DNA of 64,000 nt, taken from NCBI GenBank assembly GCA_037447605.1, contig CM074814.1:1984001-2048000 (forward strand). The letters run 5' to 3'. A program made the translations under genes and the position numbers. Positions 1-13,714 of the stretch are shown piece after piece. Below the pieces are notes generated by a model. That model was given only the letters and a program-made list of their open reading frames with translations. It ran no database searches and was not told the origin of the DNA. Position 1 is the first letter of the stretch, and each line of letters begins with the position of its first letter. The DNA comes from Zygnema circumcarinatum SAG 698-1b. Lineage: Eukaryota; Plantae; Zygnematophyceae.

Positions 1-3000
1 TTCAGCCTCATCTGGATGATCTATTTTTGGAATGACCTTATATCCAAAGGGAATGGGCTCCTTGTAATGCCGGATCTTTTGCCGGATGCCTTTGGTATTT
101 AAATATCTGGATATACCTTTGGTTGGCTCTGGATCAGGAACAAGATTTTGAGGCTGCGGAATTCGCCAATCTTTGGGGTAAGGCTCGTTGGGTGTGCTTT
201 CAAACTTCACATGCCAAATGTACACATCCTGGCAGCTATCTGCAAGAGGGTCCAACTCCTCAGGGCCAGAAACAAGCCGATCCAAAAATAAGGTTTCTAT
301 CCATCTGCAGAATAAACAGCCCCATCAGTCAATATTGATTCATCATCAGTCTTTGCTAGAGAAGCTCTTTACTTCCTGCTTCCTTTTTTCCCCTTATACA
401 TCTCGATTCAGCTGTCATTCTAGGTCCTAACAAGCACTAGACACTGGCACCCTGTAAGCACAAGGAGAGTACTTGTTTAATTGGGTTATCAGCTTCCAAG
501 CCATGCATGCATCCTTGCTAACTTCTATCACTCACGCTGGTCTTGATCTGAATCGAACTGGATGCTGTGGTTTCCCTGTCACATTGTCCGTTGGAGTCCA
601 CAACAGTTCGGATCTGCAACATAAAACCACCGCAAGCACCACCGAATGCTAGCTCATCCACGTTATACTACTGTCTAGTTGTAAAGCCTGATCAACAGCT
701 TAAAGAGGGGCATTGGCCTCTCTCAGAAACATGAGTGCACTGCAAACATTCACCAAGCAAGCAAATCTCTTCAAGTCCCAACATCATAGTTCCAAATGTT
801 CAACATCCAACTGAAGCACTAAACTCCATGTGCACTCCAAGTGGTAAAATCCCCACGCACACGTAGTACAGATTGTAACTCTAGGCAAAATCCATAAGAA
901 TTACTCATCCCCTTTGTATGCATGGACGGACATTGGTTGATTATGCTTATTGTGACGAAGCACTTGAAGATGTCTATTTCTCGTGCTATCATGGCTCTAA
1001 TAGCTTAACTGCTCATGCCTGGGTAAGCTCTCCAATTGTTCCATGAACCTCCAGGAACTTAGCTTAAATCTACTTTAAAATTTCTCCCTTCTTTGTTCCA
1101 ACATACATTCCACCTCAGAAGGAGAGAGGATTAATCTGACCTTCAAACCCCCACCAAAGAGCTGAATGATGCTTACTTGAAGGCGAATCCGGCCATATCA
1201 AGATGATACTTGCGCCCCTTGCCTGGCTCTGCTTTCAGGGACCATTCAAATGTCTCCCACCCAGTCACCTTAGGGGTTCCTGTCTCATCCGGCTCCACCA
1301 ATGCTCTCTCAACTGCAGGACTGGCCTGCCTCCATGGAACTGTTGCAGTGTATTCTTTTGACCATAGTAGCCCAACAGGCACAACCCCCACTTTCCTTTT
1401 CATTTTACGGAACTCCTCAAAGAGCTGCATCAAGCCAAGCAAAGCAATACCGAGAGTACGTGCCAAGCGGCACATAAGCTGTAGAAAGAACTCCGGAAAA
1501 ATCGTCACTCTGGCGAATAAATGAAATGCGAATGTGAATGGAGGCTGCCCATATGAATGTCCTGAAAGCCACGCTAAGAAAAGCTTTGGAAAATGTTGAA
1601 TAAGTAGACTGAGGAAAGGGAGAGTCTTGTATGGGGAGAGCTAAGTACCATTGGCGTATATACATTATCGTCGTCCATAAAGTACATAATCCCACTAATG
1701 CGTTTCTTCTCAACGTATTCAAGAGCAGCATTGCGCTGACCCACGCCTCGGGTATATCGGGGGTTATCTGGCTGAGCATATCCCCCACATGCACAAGTTT
1801 CTCAGGTCAACCAGCTCGTACCTGACCTGATTAACCTGAAGAGCACAATCAGAGAAAACTGACACACTCGTCCGACGACTAGGTGCTCAGAATCTGGGAA
1901 AAGGAGACTTTGCGAAGAAACCGAATGTGAACGCATGTCTGTCTTCCCAGTGGTTTCGAGAGAAGGGATTTACCGCTTTGCCGGAGCTAATGTGAATATA
2001 ATTTACAGATGCGCATCTCTTTGCAATGCCAGTCACAATGCAGCGTCCAGCAGTCTTTTCCAATAACAGGGCGGTTTCTTCAGTCTGCAACATACACAGC
2101 AACCATTTGCAGAGACAAACGAAAGAAAAATAGATGAGAAGACAAGACTAAGGCATTATCTCTTATTCATTAAGAAACCAAATAGGAAAGAACGATAAGG
2201 CAAGGAGCTGGGAAGGACATTGTTCAGCTGAGATTAATGGTAATAGTTCAAAAGGCTGAAGGATGAAAACAACTCAAGAAAACGAGACATAAAAGTACGA
2301 GGAATAACACACTTAAGGACCGACGGAGGCTCTAGAAGGCTGTATTAACTTGATAAAGCATTGAACTGCTCAAGCTATTTAAATTCTTCCTTCAGAGAGA
2401 AGCGCAAAAAGAAAGTAGTCTCTCCAAACTGAAGAAAAGGATAAGACTCTATCGACTCTCATTAAATCGTGTACGCTCCAGTTGCAGAGGGAACATAGAA
2501 CTGCAGGAGTACTCGCAAATTCACACTAAACAATCGTCACTTGTGAAGCATAACTCTCACCGTCTGATATGAAAATGAGGAGACTGATAGAGAGGAATGC
2601 CAGAAGACCACATAAGGGTTAGGCGTGACGAAGTTACCCCTATAATCACTCATTTTGAGCTTCTTAAACATACAGATCTGTTACAATGCTCTTAAAGTGA
2701 AGATACTGGAATTGCTTGTATAACACTTTCTGCAAGGTGTTACGTGCTGCCAGCCGGTTTTCTCTCGCTCTGTCACTCTCAATGAATCCAGACTGTCTAC
2801 TCAAGAACTTGACTTGAAAGAGTCAAGAGTCGCAGAGCCTGCGAGATCGCAGGAACGGGAAAAGCAGGCTCGGTGTCCCAACGCACCTTATCGAGAGATT
2901 CAACCACAATCCAAAGTATTGGAGGCGGCACGAGGCGCAGCACGTTCACCACCTTGCTAATGTGAAGATACTGCGCAGCGCGATTGTGCGTGGGAGTCAC

Positions 3001-3321
3001 TGCGATAATGAGAGGGAGAGAATCCTCCTCCGTAGAAGCAGACAGAGAATCAGAAACAAGGGCCTCTGAACCTGAGATATTCTGCACTATCAAGGACTCT
3101 GAAGCGCCTAGAAGCCGAAATCTGTCTGGCGCACGGCCTCCTTCAGGTTCCATGTGCGCAATGACAGGGCAGGGGCAGTAGGCCGGGTGCATGAAGAACA
3201 CGAGGGCGATCGCAACTCCTGCGAGGCCGAGGAATAGCATCAAGACCTGGCTCGCAGCCGCCACAGCCACCTTGCGCCCACGCAGGACGGACAGCTGCCG
3301 CCGCTCATCTGTCGCAGCCAT
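1..3321 (-). CDS. GT43 family glycosyltransferase (GlcAT-I/IRX9-like), copy a; 3' end runs off the window start
   Basis: Exons 3321-2887, 2084-1974, 1771-1649, 1424-1177, 613-536, 304-<1, all GT-AG and in phase. N-terminal TM anchor (VLMLFLGLAGVAIALVFF), then LIIAVTPT, LWIVVE, QRNAALEYV, YFMDDDNVY, DMAGFAF, WIETLFL, IWHVKFE, which are GT43 motifs. Confidence 0.9.
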
Positions 3322-3530
3322 AGCGGACGCCCTCCCACCTCTCCCGCTCTCCCTTCCTCCTCCCTTTCTCCCTCCCTCCCTCCCCCAGCAGAGCGGCACG
3401 TAGGGCAAGGCTCCCAAGTTCCAAACCCTCAAGATTCCGGCTGCCCTGGAGGCCGGGCAGCTCCTGGAAAGGATTTTCTGACCTGCCCCCCGGCAGCCGA
3501 GCAGCCTCCAGGGACGCTTTCGGCGCTCGC

Positions 3531-3589
3531 CGTACGGTCTCTGTACGGCTAATGTACGGCTCGCAGTCGGTCAACCCCTGACTGTACGG
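3531..3589. promoter_or_regulatory. Cluster of 4 CGTAC/GTACG motifs upstream of GT43-a; a perfect G-box GCCACGTGGC follows at ~3643
   Basis: cgtacgg 3531, gtacgg 3543, 3554, 3584; 210-270 bp upstream of the ATG. Function is inferred. Confidence 0.4.
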
Positions 3590-4149
3590 CGCCGGCGTCG
3601 GCGCGAACGCCGGACAGGCAAGCCGTTCGGACGGCCGGCGTGGCCACGTGGCGTGTGCTGATAGGCAGACCGTCCAGGCTGTGCCGAAGTCAACGGCGGA
3701 CTGGTCTCGTGCGGCGGTGCGTGAAAGTGACGGGGCGGCGCACTGCCACGTAGACAGCGAGGTTGGGGAAAGCCACTAACAGAGCGCCACGTAATTCGAC
3801 CTCCCTGACGGTACGTACGAAATTCGCCAAAATGCTGTTCTGTTCTGTTCTGGTTTGTACCGTTCGCTGGATTCGGCGACCGATTTCAAGGCAGGCAGCG
3901 GCCGGATGCTGCTGCATGCTCCAGCATGGATGGATGGATGGATGGCCATGGATGGCCATGGGGAGATAATTGAGGCGCAGGTCGTCTGAATGGTGTCGGG
4001 TTCGAAGACAGTATGCACATGTCAGTTATAAAATAGCTTTAGCCGTATGCAATCTCCCCCCTCCCCCCGGGAATACTAGTTTCAAGTTCGCTTTCAGAAT
4101 AGGTTTCCAGGGAAATTTGTTTCAAGATTGCACAGATCGGACCATTAGA

Positions 4150-4706
4150 CAAACCAGTCGACTGGTTGGCAACCAGTGGTTGCGGACCGAAACAACCATT
4201 CGACTGGTTTGGAACCAGTGGATGCCACTGGTTGGCAACCATTCGACGGGTTTGGAACCAGTGGATGCCACTGGTTGGCAACCATTCGACTGGTTGCCAA
4301 CCAGTGCCGCCGGATCGAAACAACCATTCGACTGGTTGCCAACCAGTGGCATCCACTGGTTCCAAACCATTCGACTGGTTGCCAACCAGTGGTTGCGGAC
4401 CGAAACAACCATTCGACTGGTTGCCAACCAGTGGTTGCGGACCGAAACAACCATTCGACTGGTTGCCAACCAGTGGCATCCACTGGTTCCAAACCAGTCG
4501 ACTGGTTGCCAACCAGTGGCATCCACTGGTTCTAAACCAGTCGACTGGTTGCCAACCAGTGGCATCCACTGGTTCCAAACCAGTCGACTGGTTGCCAGTT
4601 GGAAACCAGTCGACTGGTTGCGAACCAGTGGCGGAGGACTGAAACAACCATTCGACTGGTTCGGAACCAGTGATCCAATGGTTGGCAACCATTGGATCAC
4701 TGGTTC
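4150..4706. repeat. Tandem array of 42/43-bp units made of nested palindromes (ACCAGTCGACTGGT, TGGTTGCCAACCA, CCAGTGGCATCCACTGG)
   Basis: Read directly; unit starts at 4408/4450 (42 bp) and 4493/4536 (43 bp); ends in a perfect 21-bp stem 4664-4706. A shorter copy lies at ~5075-5235. Confidence 0.95.
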
Positions 4707-4766
4707 GACGACGCGACCTATAGCCACTCGCCACGTGGCGAATGGCTAGTTCTGCGTGTTCCCACT

Positions 4767-4925
4767 AGGGGGTGTCAGACTTAACAAAATCTTACGAAAA
4801 GCGTTACGAAAAAAAAGGTTACGAAAGTACTCCGCCGCAGGAGGATCGCGATTATACTGGAGTACTCGTTCTGATGTCAAACTTACGAACACGCGTACTG
4901 AAATTTTTTAAGTCTGACACCCCCT
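4767..4925. mobile_element. MITE (159 bp) nested in the 4131-5247 element
   Basis: Perfect 18-bp TIR AGGGGGTGTCAGACTTAA; ACT duplicated at 4764-4766 and 4926-4928. Confidence 0.9.
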
Positions 4926-5531
4926 ACTAGACTAAGACTGTCGGTCGGTCCACATCCGGACCGAATCTCCTAAGGACCTTTGACAACGGCTAAGGACCGT
5001 ACGGTGTACAGTTCAAGGCTATACTGTACCCCTATTGTACACATCATTTTGGTGGGTTGCCAACCGTTGACAACTAGTGATTTAATGGTTGCCAACCATT
5101 TGATTTAATGGATATAAGCATTCGACTGGTTGCCAACCAGTGCCGCCGGATCGAAACAACCATTCGACTGGTTGCCAACCAGTAGACGTCCAACCATTGC
5201 CATCCAATGGTTGTCCAATGGTTGCCGATCCAATGGTCCGACCTGTGCAAGATTGCCAAGCCCTACCACTACTGCGGTTCGAACTGCATCATAGAACGGC
5301 GCCGCCCACCAATCGGCCGCACGTCCATTTGTGCACGACCAAGGCCATCCGAACATCCCATGTACGGTCCATCCAAGATCCGTACAGTACGCACTTACAG
5401 TCAGCAGTCCTCATATTTTCCACCTTGTAAAGTGCGTCCCCAAGAAATTCGCCCCGATTTTGCCGAAACCACCCTTTTGTACGTTAACTCTGTGTTAGCC
5501 GTACTACCCGTACTACCCTTACCCCTAAAAC

Positions 5532-7282
5532 CAGGCCTCTTCAAGGGTAGTGATATTTCCACCCCTTTTTTGGATCCAAACACCCCTTCCCGGCCGGGCA
5601 GATTTCAAAAGGGATTAAAAAAGGAAAATGCTTTTTTCACACCTTTTTGGAATCGATACCCACCTTCTTCCGTCGGCTGATTTTATTTTTGCTAACCAAG
5701 GAAAATGATACCCCGTCACCGCATTTTGAATACTGTATCCCGCCTCCCTGAATTTTTTTTTTGAGGGAAAGAAATATCTGCCTGCCCGAATCCGCTCGGA
5801 GCGGAAGATCCGTCCGCCACGAGATCGTTCGCGGGTGTCCGTCCTGCACACGTGTGTGTCAATCGCAGCTGTCGATTCCCTCGCAGATCACACCACTGCA
5901 GATCACCGTTCGATCTGCAGCCGGGCTCGATCTTAGCGAATGGAAAGCGCCCACGAGTCCCGTCAAAGCCAAATCGCACGTGCGAGTGCGCGCGTCCTTC
6001 GGCCCGAGATCTCGTCATTGTAACCTCCCAGCCAATAAACATCTGCCACGTGTTACATTTTTGACGTGGAAAATTTTGATTGGTCTAAGATCTCAATGTA
6101 CGAAATTTTGGGTTCCTCAAGTTGCGACCGTACGACATTTGTACGGACAAACTTTTTAGAGGACTTTGGCGGGATACGTGGGCACATGCCATGCGCTGTG
6201 ACCGAGCCCGGCTGCAGAGCAAATAGTGATCTGCCGTGTTGCGATCTGCGAGGGAATCGACGGCTGCGATTGACCGCACGCGTGAAAAAAAAATTAGGTA
6301 GGCGGGATATTCAAATGGGGTGACGGGTTATCATTTTCCTTGTTGCGCAGAAATAAAATCTGCCGATGGAGGGTGGTATCGATTCCAAAAAGGTGTGAAA
6401 AAAGCATTTTCCGTTTTTAATCCTTTTTGAAATCTGCCCGGCCGGGAAGGGGTGTTTGGATCCAAAAAAGGGGTGGAAATATCACTTCCCTTTTTTCCCA
6501 GTTCAAAAAGAAAAGTGGGCCATCCGACGTGGCCCGGTTTTCGATTCCGATTGGCGAGGCCCCCGCCGGGAAAACGACCAAAGCTCTCAACATCTGACGG
6601 CTCACTTGAGGCGATTTTACGTGCGAAGCCATCGACCGTCCGATTAAAAGTAGCTTTAAAAACTTTTTTTACAAAAGTTAACTCTTTGAGTAGTTTATAT
6701 CACTTCTATAGCTGTCTTGTTCAGCCTAAAACTCCTAAGGGAGTGAGACCATTTTTCATTTCATTTCTAATTTTAGTTCCTATTTCAGTTTTTCTTTGTG
6801 ACTACACCTAGAATTTCAGAGGTTATGATTTGGAATAGAGTTTTTGTGAGGAAATTTCAAGACTATGATAGATTCTAAAGTGATACTTGGAGTAATTAAT
6901 GATGGATGGAAAAGGAAATAGAGAGCTTAGGATTGGATCTACAAAGTTTCAGTGCAATTGGGTTTTTGAATAAGCAACTATATGTTGTGATTGCCAAATG
7001 CACAGTTGTTCTAATTGATTGGTAAAATTTACCAATCTATAAGAGTCGAAGAGGTTGCACCAGTTTCTAAAGCCGTGTTGTTATACCAACAAGTAAAGTT
7101 CATATACATCATTGCTATCGTGGTTGCAAATGCAATTCATTTCCTTTTTGTTTTTAACCAAAAAAATGCTTTTTTGGGGCTTGTGTGGTATTTAAGTTGA
7201 AATCACGTAAACTAATCTCAAAATCTTACATAAATAAGCTATTTACGATATTTAGGGGATCTCCCCTATTTGAAGAGGCCTG
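5532..7282. mobile_element. Non-autonomous hAT-like element (1751 bp)
   Basis: 13-bp TIR CAGGCCTCTTCAA/TTGAAGAGGCCTG; perfect 8-bp TSD CCTAAAAC at 5524-5531 and 7283-7290. CAG termini with an 8-bp TSD are typical of hAT. No transposase ORF recognised. Confidence 0.85.
5545..6490. repeat. Long inverted repeat (fold-back) inside the hAT-like element
   Basis: Arms ~5545-5930 and ~6203-6490; the outer ~200 bp are near-identical (e.g. AGTGATATTTCCACCCCTTTTTTGGATCCAAACACCCCTTCCCGGCCGGGCAGATTTCAAAA); spacer ~270 bp. Confidence 0.9.
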
Positions 7283-7447
7283 CCTAAAACCCTACAACCC
7301 TAGAAACCCTAAAAACCGTACTAGCGGTACTAGCCGTACTTGCTGTACTAGCCGTTACGGCCTTCAGCAAAACTCACCGAATCTTCCCGCACGGGCCGAC
7401 GTAAGAGGCGCTCGCTCGTCTTTCCTCTTCCTTGGCTCCGAGACGAC

Positions 7448-7515
7448 ACGATACGATACGATACTGAACGAAACGGTACGATACGGTACGATATGGTACG
7501 GTATGATACGTACGG
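7448..7515. repeat. Degenerate pentamer microsatellite (TACGA/TACGG)n
   Basis: acgatacgatacgatactgaacgaaacggtacgatacggtacgatatggtacggtatgatacgtacg. Confidence 0.8.
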
Positions 7516-7712
7516 GCCAACATGAACTCTAACATGAACTCTAACAATACCGCCCGTCTATTGGTAACACGAACCTTCTATTTGCAAAAATCAATATTTT
7601 CGCCTCATATTTGCCAAAACCATGGCGAAAATATGAGGACTGTTGACTGTACAGTACCTGCCTAATCCTCGACCCGTACAACCGAACAGGTTGAGAAATT
7701 TGGAAACGAGAG

Positions 7713-7800
7713 GTCCTTTACGGCCAGTTCTTCGTGGTTCCCCATGCTGATTGTGTCCATGTACATTTGATGGCCTCGCCATCGTGAGATCCATGCCACT
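7713..7800. repeat. Dispersed repeat fragment homologous to ~46408-46495
   Basis: Shared core GTACATTTGATGGCCTCGCCATCGTGAGATC(C/A)ATGCCA with similar flanks. Confidence 0.85.
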
Positions 7801-8366
7801 TCCCCCCACATTCCTTACGAGGAGAGCAGAGCATGGCGTTGACCTCCTCCAACGTCGTCCAACCTTTGCTCATGTGCACATGCGGCCATGAACCATGCAC
7901 AACATTCGACATTGATGAACCTCACTCTATCCAAATTGAGGTCTCGCCTTCGTGCCCGAACAAGGAAAAGGGGGTACCCGGTTTTACGAGATCTGAAGGC
8001 CCAAACAGCCCCCGCCACGTGCCCCCCGCGGTCCTCACCCCACCGTCCCCTCCCCGCTGTCGGACACTCGTTTCGTCGGCGAGGCGCCACGTGCGCGCCA
8101 CGTGACGCCCTCTCGTTTGGGGTGCTATCAGCGCCCCAAATATTCCCTCCCTTCCCACGCGCGATCCAGCCAACCAGCCGGCCGCTTCGCACGTGCAGCC
8201 GGTCGAGGGACCTGCCCTGTAACTCGGAAGCTAGCTTTCGGTTCGGAGTCTGGAAAACTAACTAAATAAATAACTAACTTACTAGCCAACTAACCGGCTG
8301 GCAGTTTCCGACTCGCTTGGAGTCAGAGCGTTTGGATTGTGGCTGGAGGAACCTCCCGCCGCCTGC

Positions 8367-8431
8367 CGTACAAATAGCCGTACATTTCGTACAGACTAAC
8401 TGTACGGCCCCGTCACGCGTTGTACGGTACG
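8367..8431. promoter_or_regulatory. Cluster of 6 CGTAC/GTACG motifs ahead of the S6K leader
   Basis: Motifs at 8367, 8379, 8388, 8402, 8422, 8427. Function is inferred. Confidence 0.4.
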
Positions 8432-9613
8432 GCGGCGGAAGGGGAGACTGGAATAGGCGGCGGGAGGAAGGCAGGGCAAAGGGAATATGCGGCGCCCGCC
8501 AAGGCCCTTCTCTTTCCCTCCCGCCCTCCCTCCTTCCTACACTGTACTGCAGCCCAAGCCGGCGCGGCTTTGCCTGCCTGCAGGTACGCCTCAAGGGGCA
8601 GGGGCTTGTTAGGGTTTGTGGGGGGAAGGGGCTCTGCAATGCACTTGCGCTGTCATTGCAGTGGCGACAGAGACCGGGGCAGTTGCATACCTGTCTGTGG
8701 TATCGCGTCATTGAGGATTAAGTCGCTTTATCTGGTAGTGCAGCGACCGTTCATCACTCTGATTGAATGCAGCTTGTATCCGGATAACGTGAAGCAGTGT
8801 CTTGTCCAAGGACGTGTGACACATCCTCTTCACGCTCCTCTCCCTCTTCTCCCTCCCCCCTCCCCCCTCCCTCCTCCCCCTTCCTCCTTCCCCCCTTCCC
8901 CCTCCCCACGCGCCCCTCCCCCTCCCCCGTCCCTCCTCCCCTTTCCCCTCTCCCTCTCACCTCTCTCCTCTCCCTCCTCTCTCCTCTCCCTATTCTCCCT
9001 CCCCCCTCCCCCCTCCCTTCCCGCCTCTCCTTCCTCCCTCCTCGTCCTCCTCTCCCTTCTCTCCCTCCTGAAGGTCAATATTTGTGATTCCTCGTCTTGG
9101 TTTGGTGCACGGCTCATTTTGACTCTTTCGACGAATATGTTGCCTGATGATGGAATGACTGCAGAGGACGCTGAAGACTGTCCCCGTAGATGCCTCAGCC
9201 AGTTAGTTTTATCTCATGGGTCTTTCGTTTCAGCAATATGCCCAAATGAGCGCACTAGAGAATGCAGTCCCTTGTTAAACTAAGCCTGATTAGCCCTTGC
9301 ACTGAGCCGTGGATTCGCGTCTTTTTGTTGTGTGTTTCAGAGGCCCGCAAGCAGTATCCGTATGTGTCAGCCGGTCCGTAACTTCCCATTGCGGTGTTGC
9401 AAGTCCTCCGGTTTGAGGGTCTCCAACACGGCCCGTCGGTGGTTCGTCCACCGCGGGCTCTGAGCGGCCCTGCAGGTGCCACCTGGCAGCTTGTAGGCGT
9501 TCGCGCTGCTCCAGCCCTCTCCTTTGCTTTCTCTCCAGTCTGCAGCAACTCCCACTTTGTCGACTTAGGGCAGAATTCCATCCGAAGGTGAACTGTGTAG
9601 GTTTAAAAGTCAG

Positions 9614-12469
<2,856 letters not shown>

Positions 12470-13714
12470 TTCAGTGTTACAGGCCTAGACAATTTTGAAT
12501 ACGATTCTTTTTGTTCGCAGATTTTTTTGTTTTTTTTTTTTGGGAAGCAGGGGCACGATCTGGGTTGGAGTCGAGGGGTTTGTTTTGGTGGCAGATTGGG
12601 AAGAGGTTTGACTTGTTTGGGTGCGCACACGTTGAGGGGAGGAGGGGAGAGAGGGGGTGAGGGAGAAGGATTTTTTTTGTCAGATTAGAGAGCTATTTTG
12701 TATTGTTATTCGATGGATAGACGTAGGGAACAGCCGGGGGGGGGGGGGCTGAGTCGAGGCAGCATGTAGAGGCAAGTGTTTATGGGTCAGACCTAAGGAG
12801 GAGGGGAGAGGGGTGCCTCCAAGAGGAATTGTATGGGAGCTGAGAGAGCGGTCGCTGGCTGCTCTGTGGAGAGTTCAGCGACAATATTAGAAACTACTCA
12901 TAGGGTTAGGCACTTGAAGGCCATTTTAGGGCATGACACGGTGGGCAAGTGTGGAGTATTCCAGGACGCCGTGAAGTAATAATGAATTCTTCCTAGTAGG
13001 GGGCTTGAGGGAGAGAGGACATCACTGTCAGTGGATATGAAAGATGGCATTTTTTCTTAGAAGGAAAAAAAAAAACAAAAATCTTAGTATTGATTATGAA
13101 CTTGTGAAATGTATCATGAGTCTATGTCTATCTCCCAGCATTGAAAATTATCTCTGTACTGGTGGGACTTCTACTCTTAGGTTCAGTTTTCTTGGTAGAT
13201 TTATCGCTATTGCTCGCGCTGGCTGGGGTTGCTGCAGAAGTGTCCAGCGTCAATCCGTGGAGAACACTGAAGCATTCTTGGTGTGTGAGGGAGGCTGTCT
13301 GTAACTGCGATCGTATGAGCATGGGTATGGGCCCTCATGTCATGGACATGGAACACTGCATACTTTCAGACAGAGGAAGAGCACATACCCTGCCATCATT
13401 CATCCATTCACATATGCATGCATGCATGTATGCATGGTGCCATGTCATGCCATCCCATGTGACAGCCCTTCACCCCCATCTCCTGGCCGCCCTTCGTAGC
13501 CAGGGGGGGCATCCTCAGGCGGGGGAAGGCCCTTCCAGAAGGGAGACCAAGCATCTGCCAATGAAAGCTCGCCACGTGTTCGAGTCTGTCTACGTGGCGA
13601 GTTCCCATCGCAAACGGAGAGGCCGGTCTTACCGCAATCCGCATCACCTCGGCTTCTCTGTTCTCCCTCTGCCCCGTCCACCCTCTGTGGCGCTTCTCTC
13701 TGACTGAGGCATCC

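Larger units (their letters stand above)
4131..5247. mobile_element. Non-autonomous TIR DNA transposon with 8-bp TSD and palindromic subterminal arrays
   Basis: Ends CACAGATCGGACCATT...AATGGTCCGACCTGTG (16 bp, 1 mismatch); CAAGATTG duplicated at 4123-4130 and 5248-5255; no transposase ORF. Confidence 0.8.

Noticed and set aside
4131-4137. CACAG terminus recalling Transib/RSS heptamers
   Set aside because: The duplication is 8 bp rather than 5 bp and the heptamer is not CACAGTG.
4150-4706. CRISPR-like appearance of palindromic periodic repeats
   Set aside because: No unique spacers, eukaryotic context, no cas genes; the array lies inside a TIR/TSD-bounded element.
3970-4749. Six overlapping ORFs of 119-259 aa
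   Set aside because: They are translations of the stop-free repeat unit with no family motifs.
4721-4750. Hairpin followed by CTAG-T resembling a Helitron 3' end
   Set aside because: CTAG overlaps the hairpin rather than lying ~10 nt downstream, no 5' TC end was identified, and it is internal to the TIR element.
8420-9283. 287-aa ORF upstream of S6K
   Set aside because: Largely a CT-rich low-complexity tract read as Pro/Ser/Leu; probably S6K leader or intron.
9137-9283. Possible 48-aa uORF in the S6K leader
   Set aside because: Leader exon structure cannot be determined; it may be intronic.
13141-13707. 188-aa ORF with a hydrophobic N-terminus
   Set aside because: Starts at TTG, crosses ATGC microsatellite and SufB promoter sequence, and has no recognisable motif.
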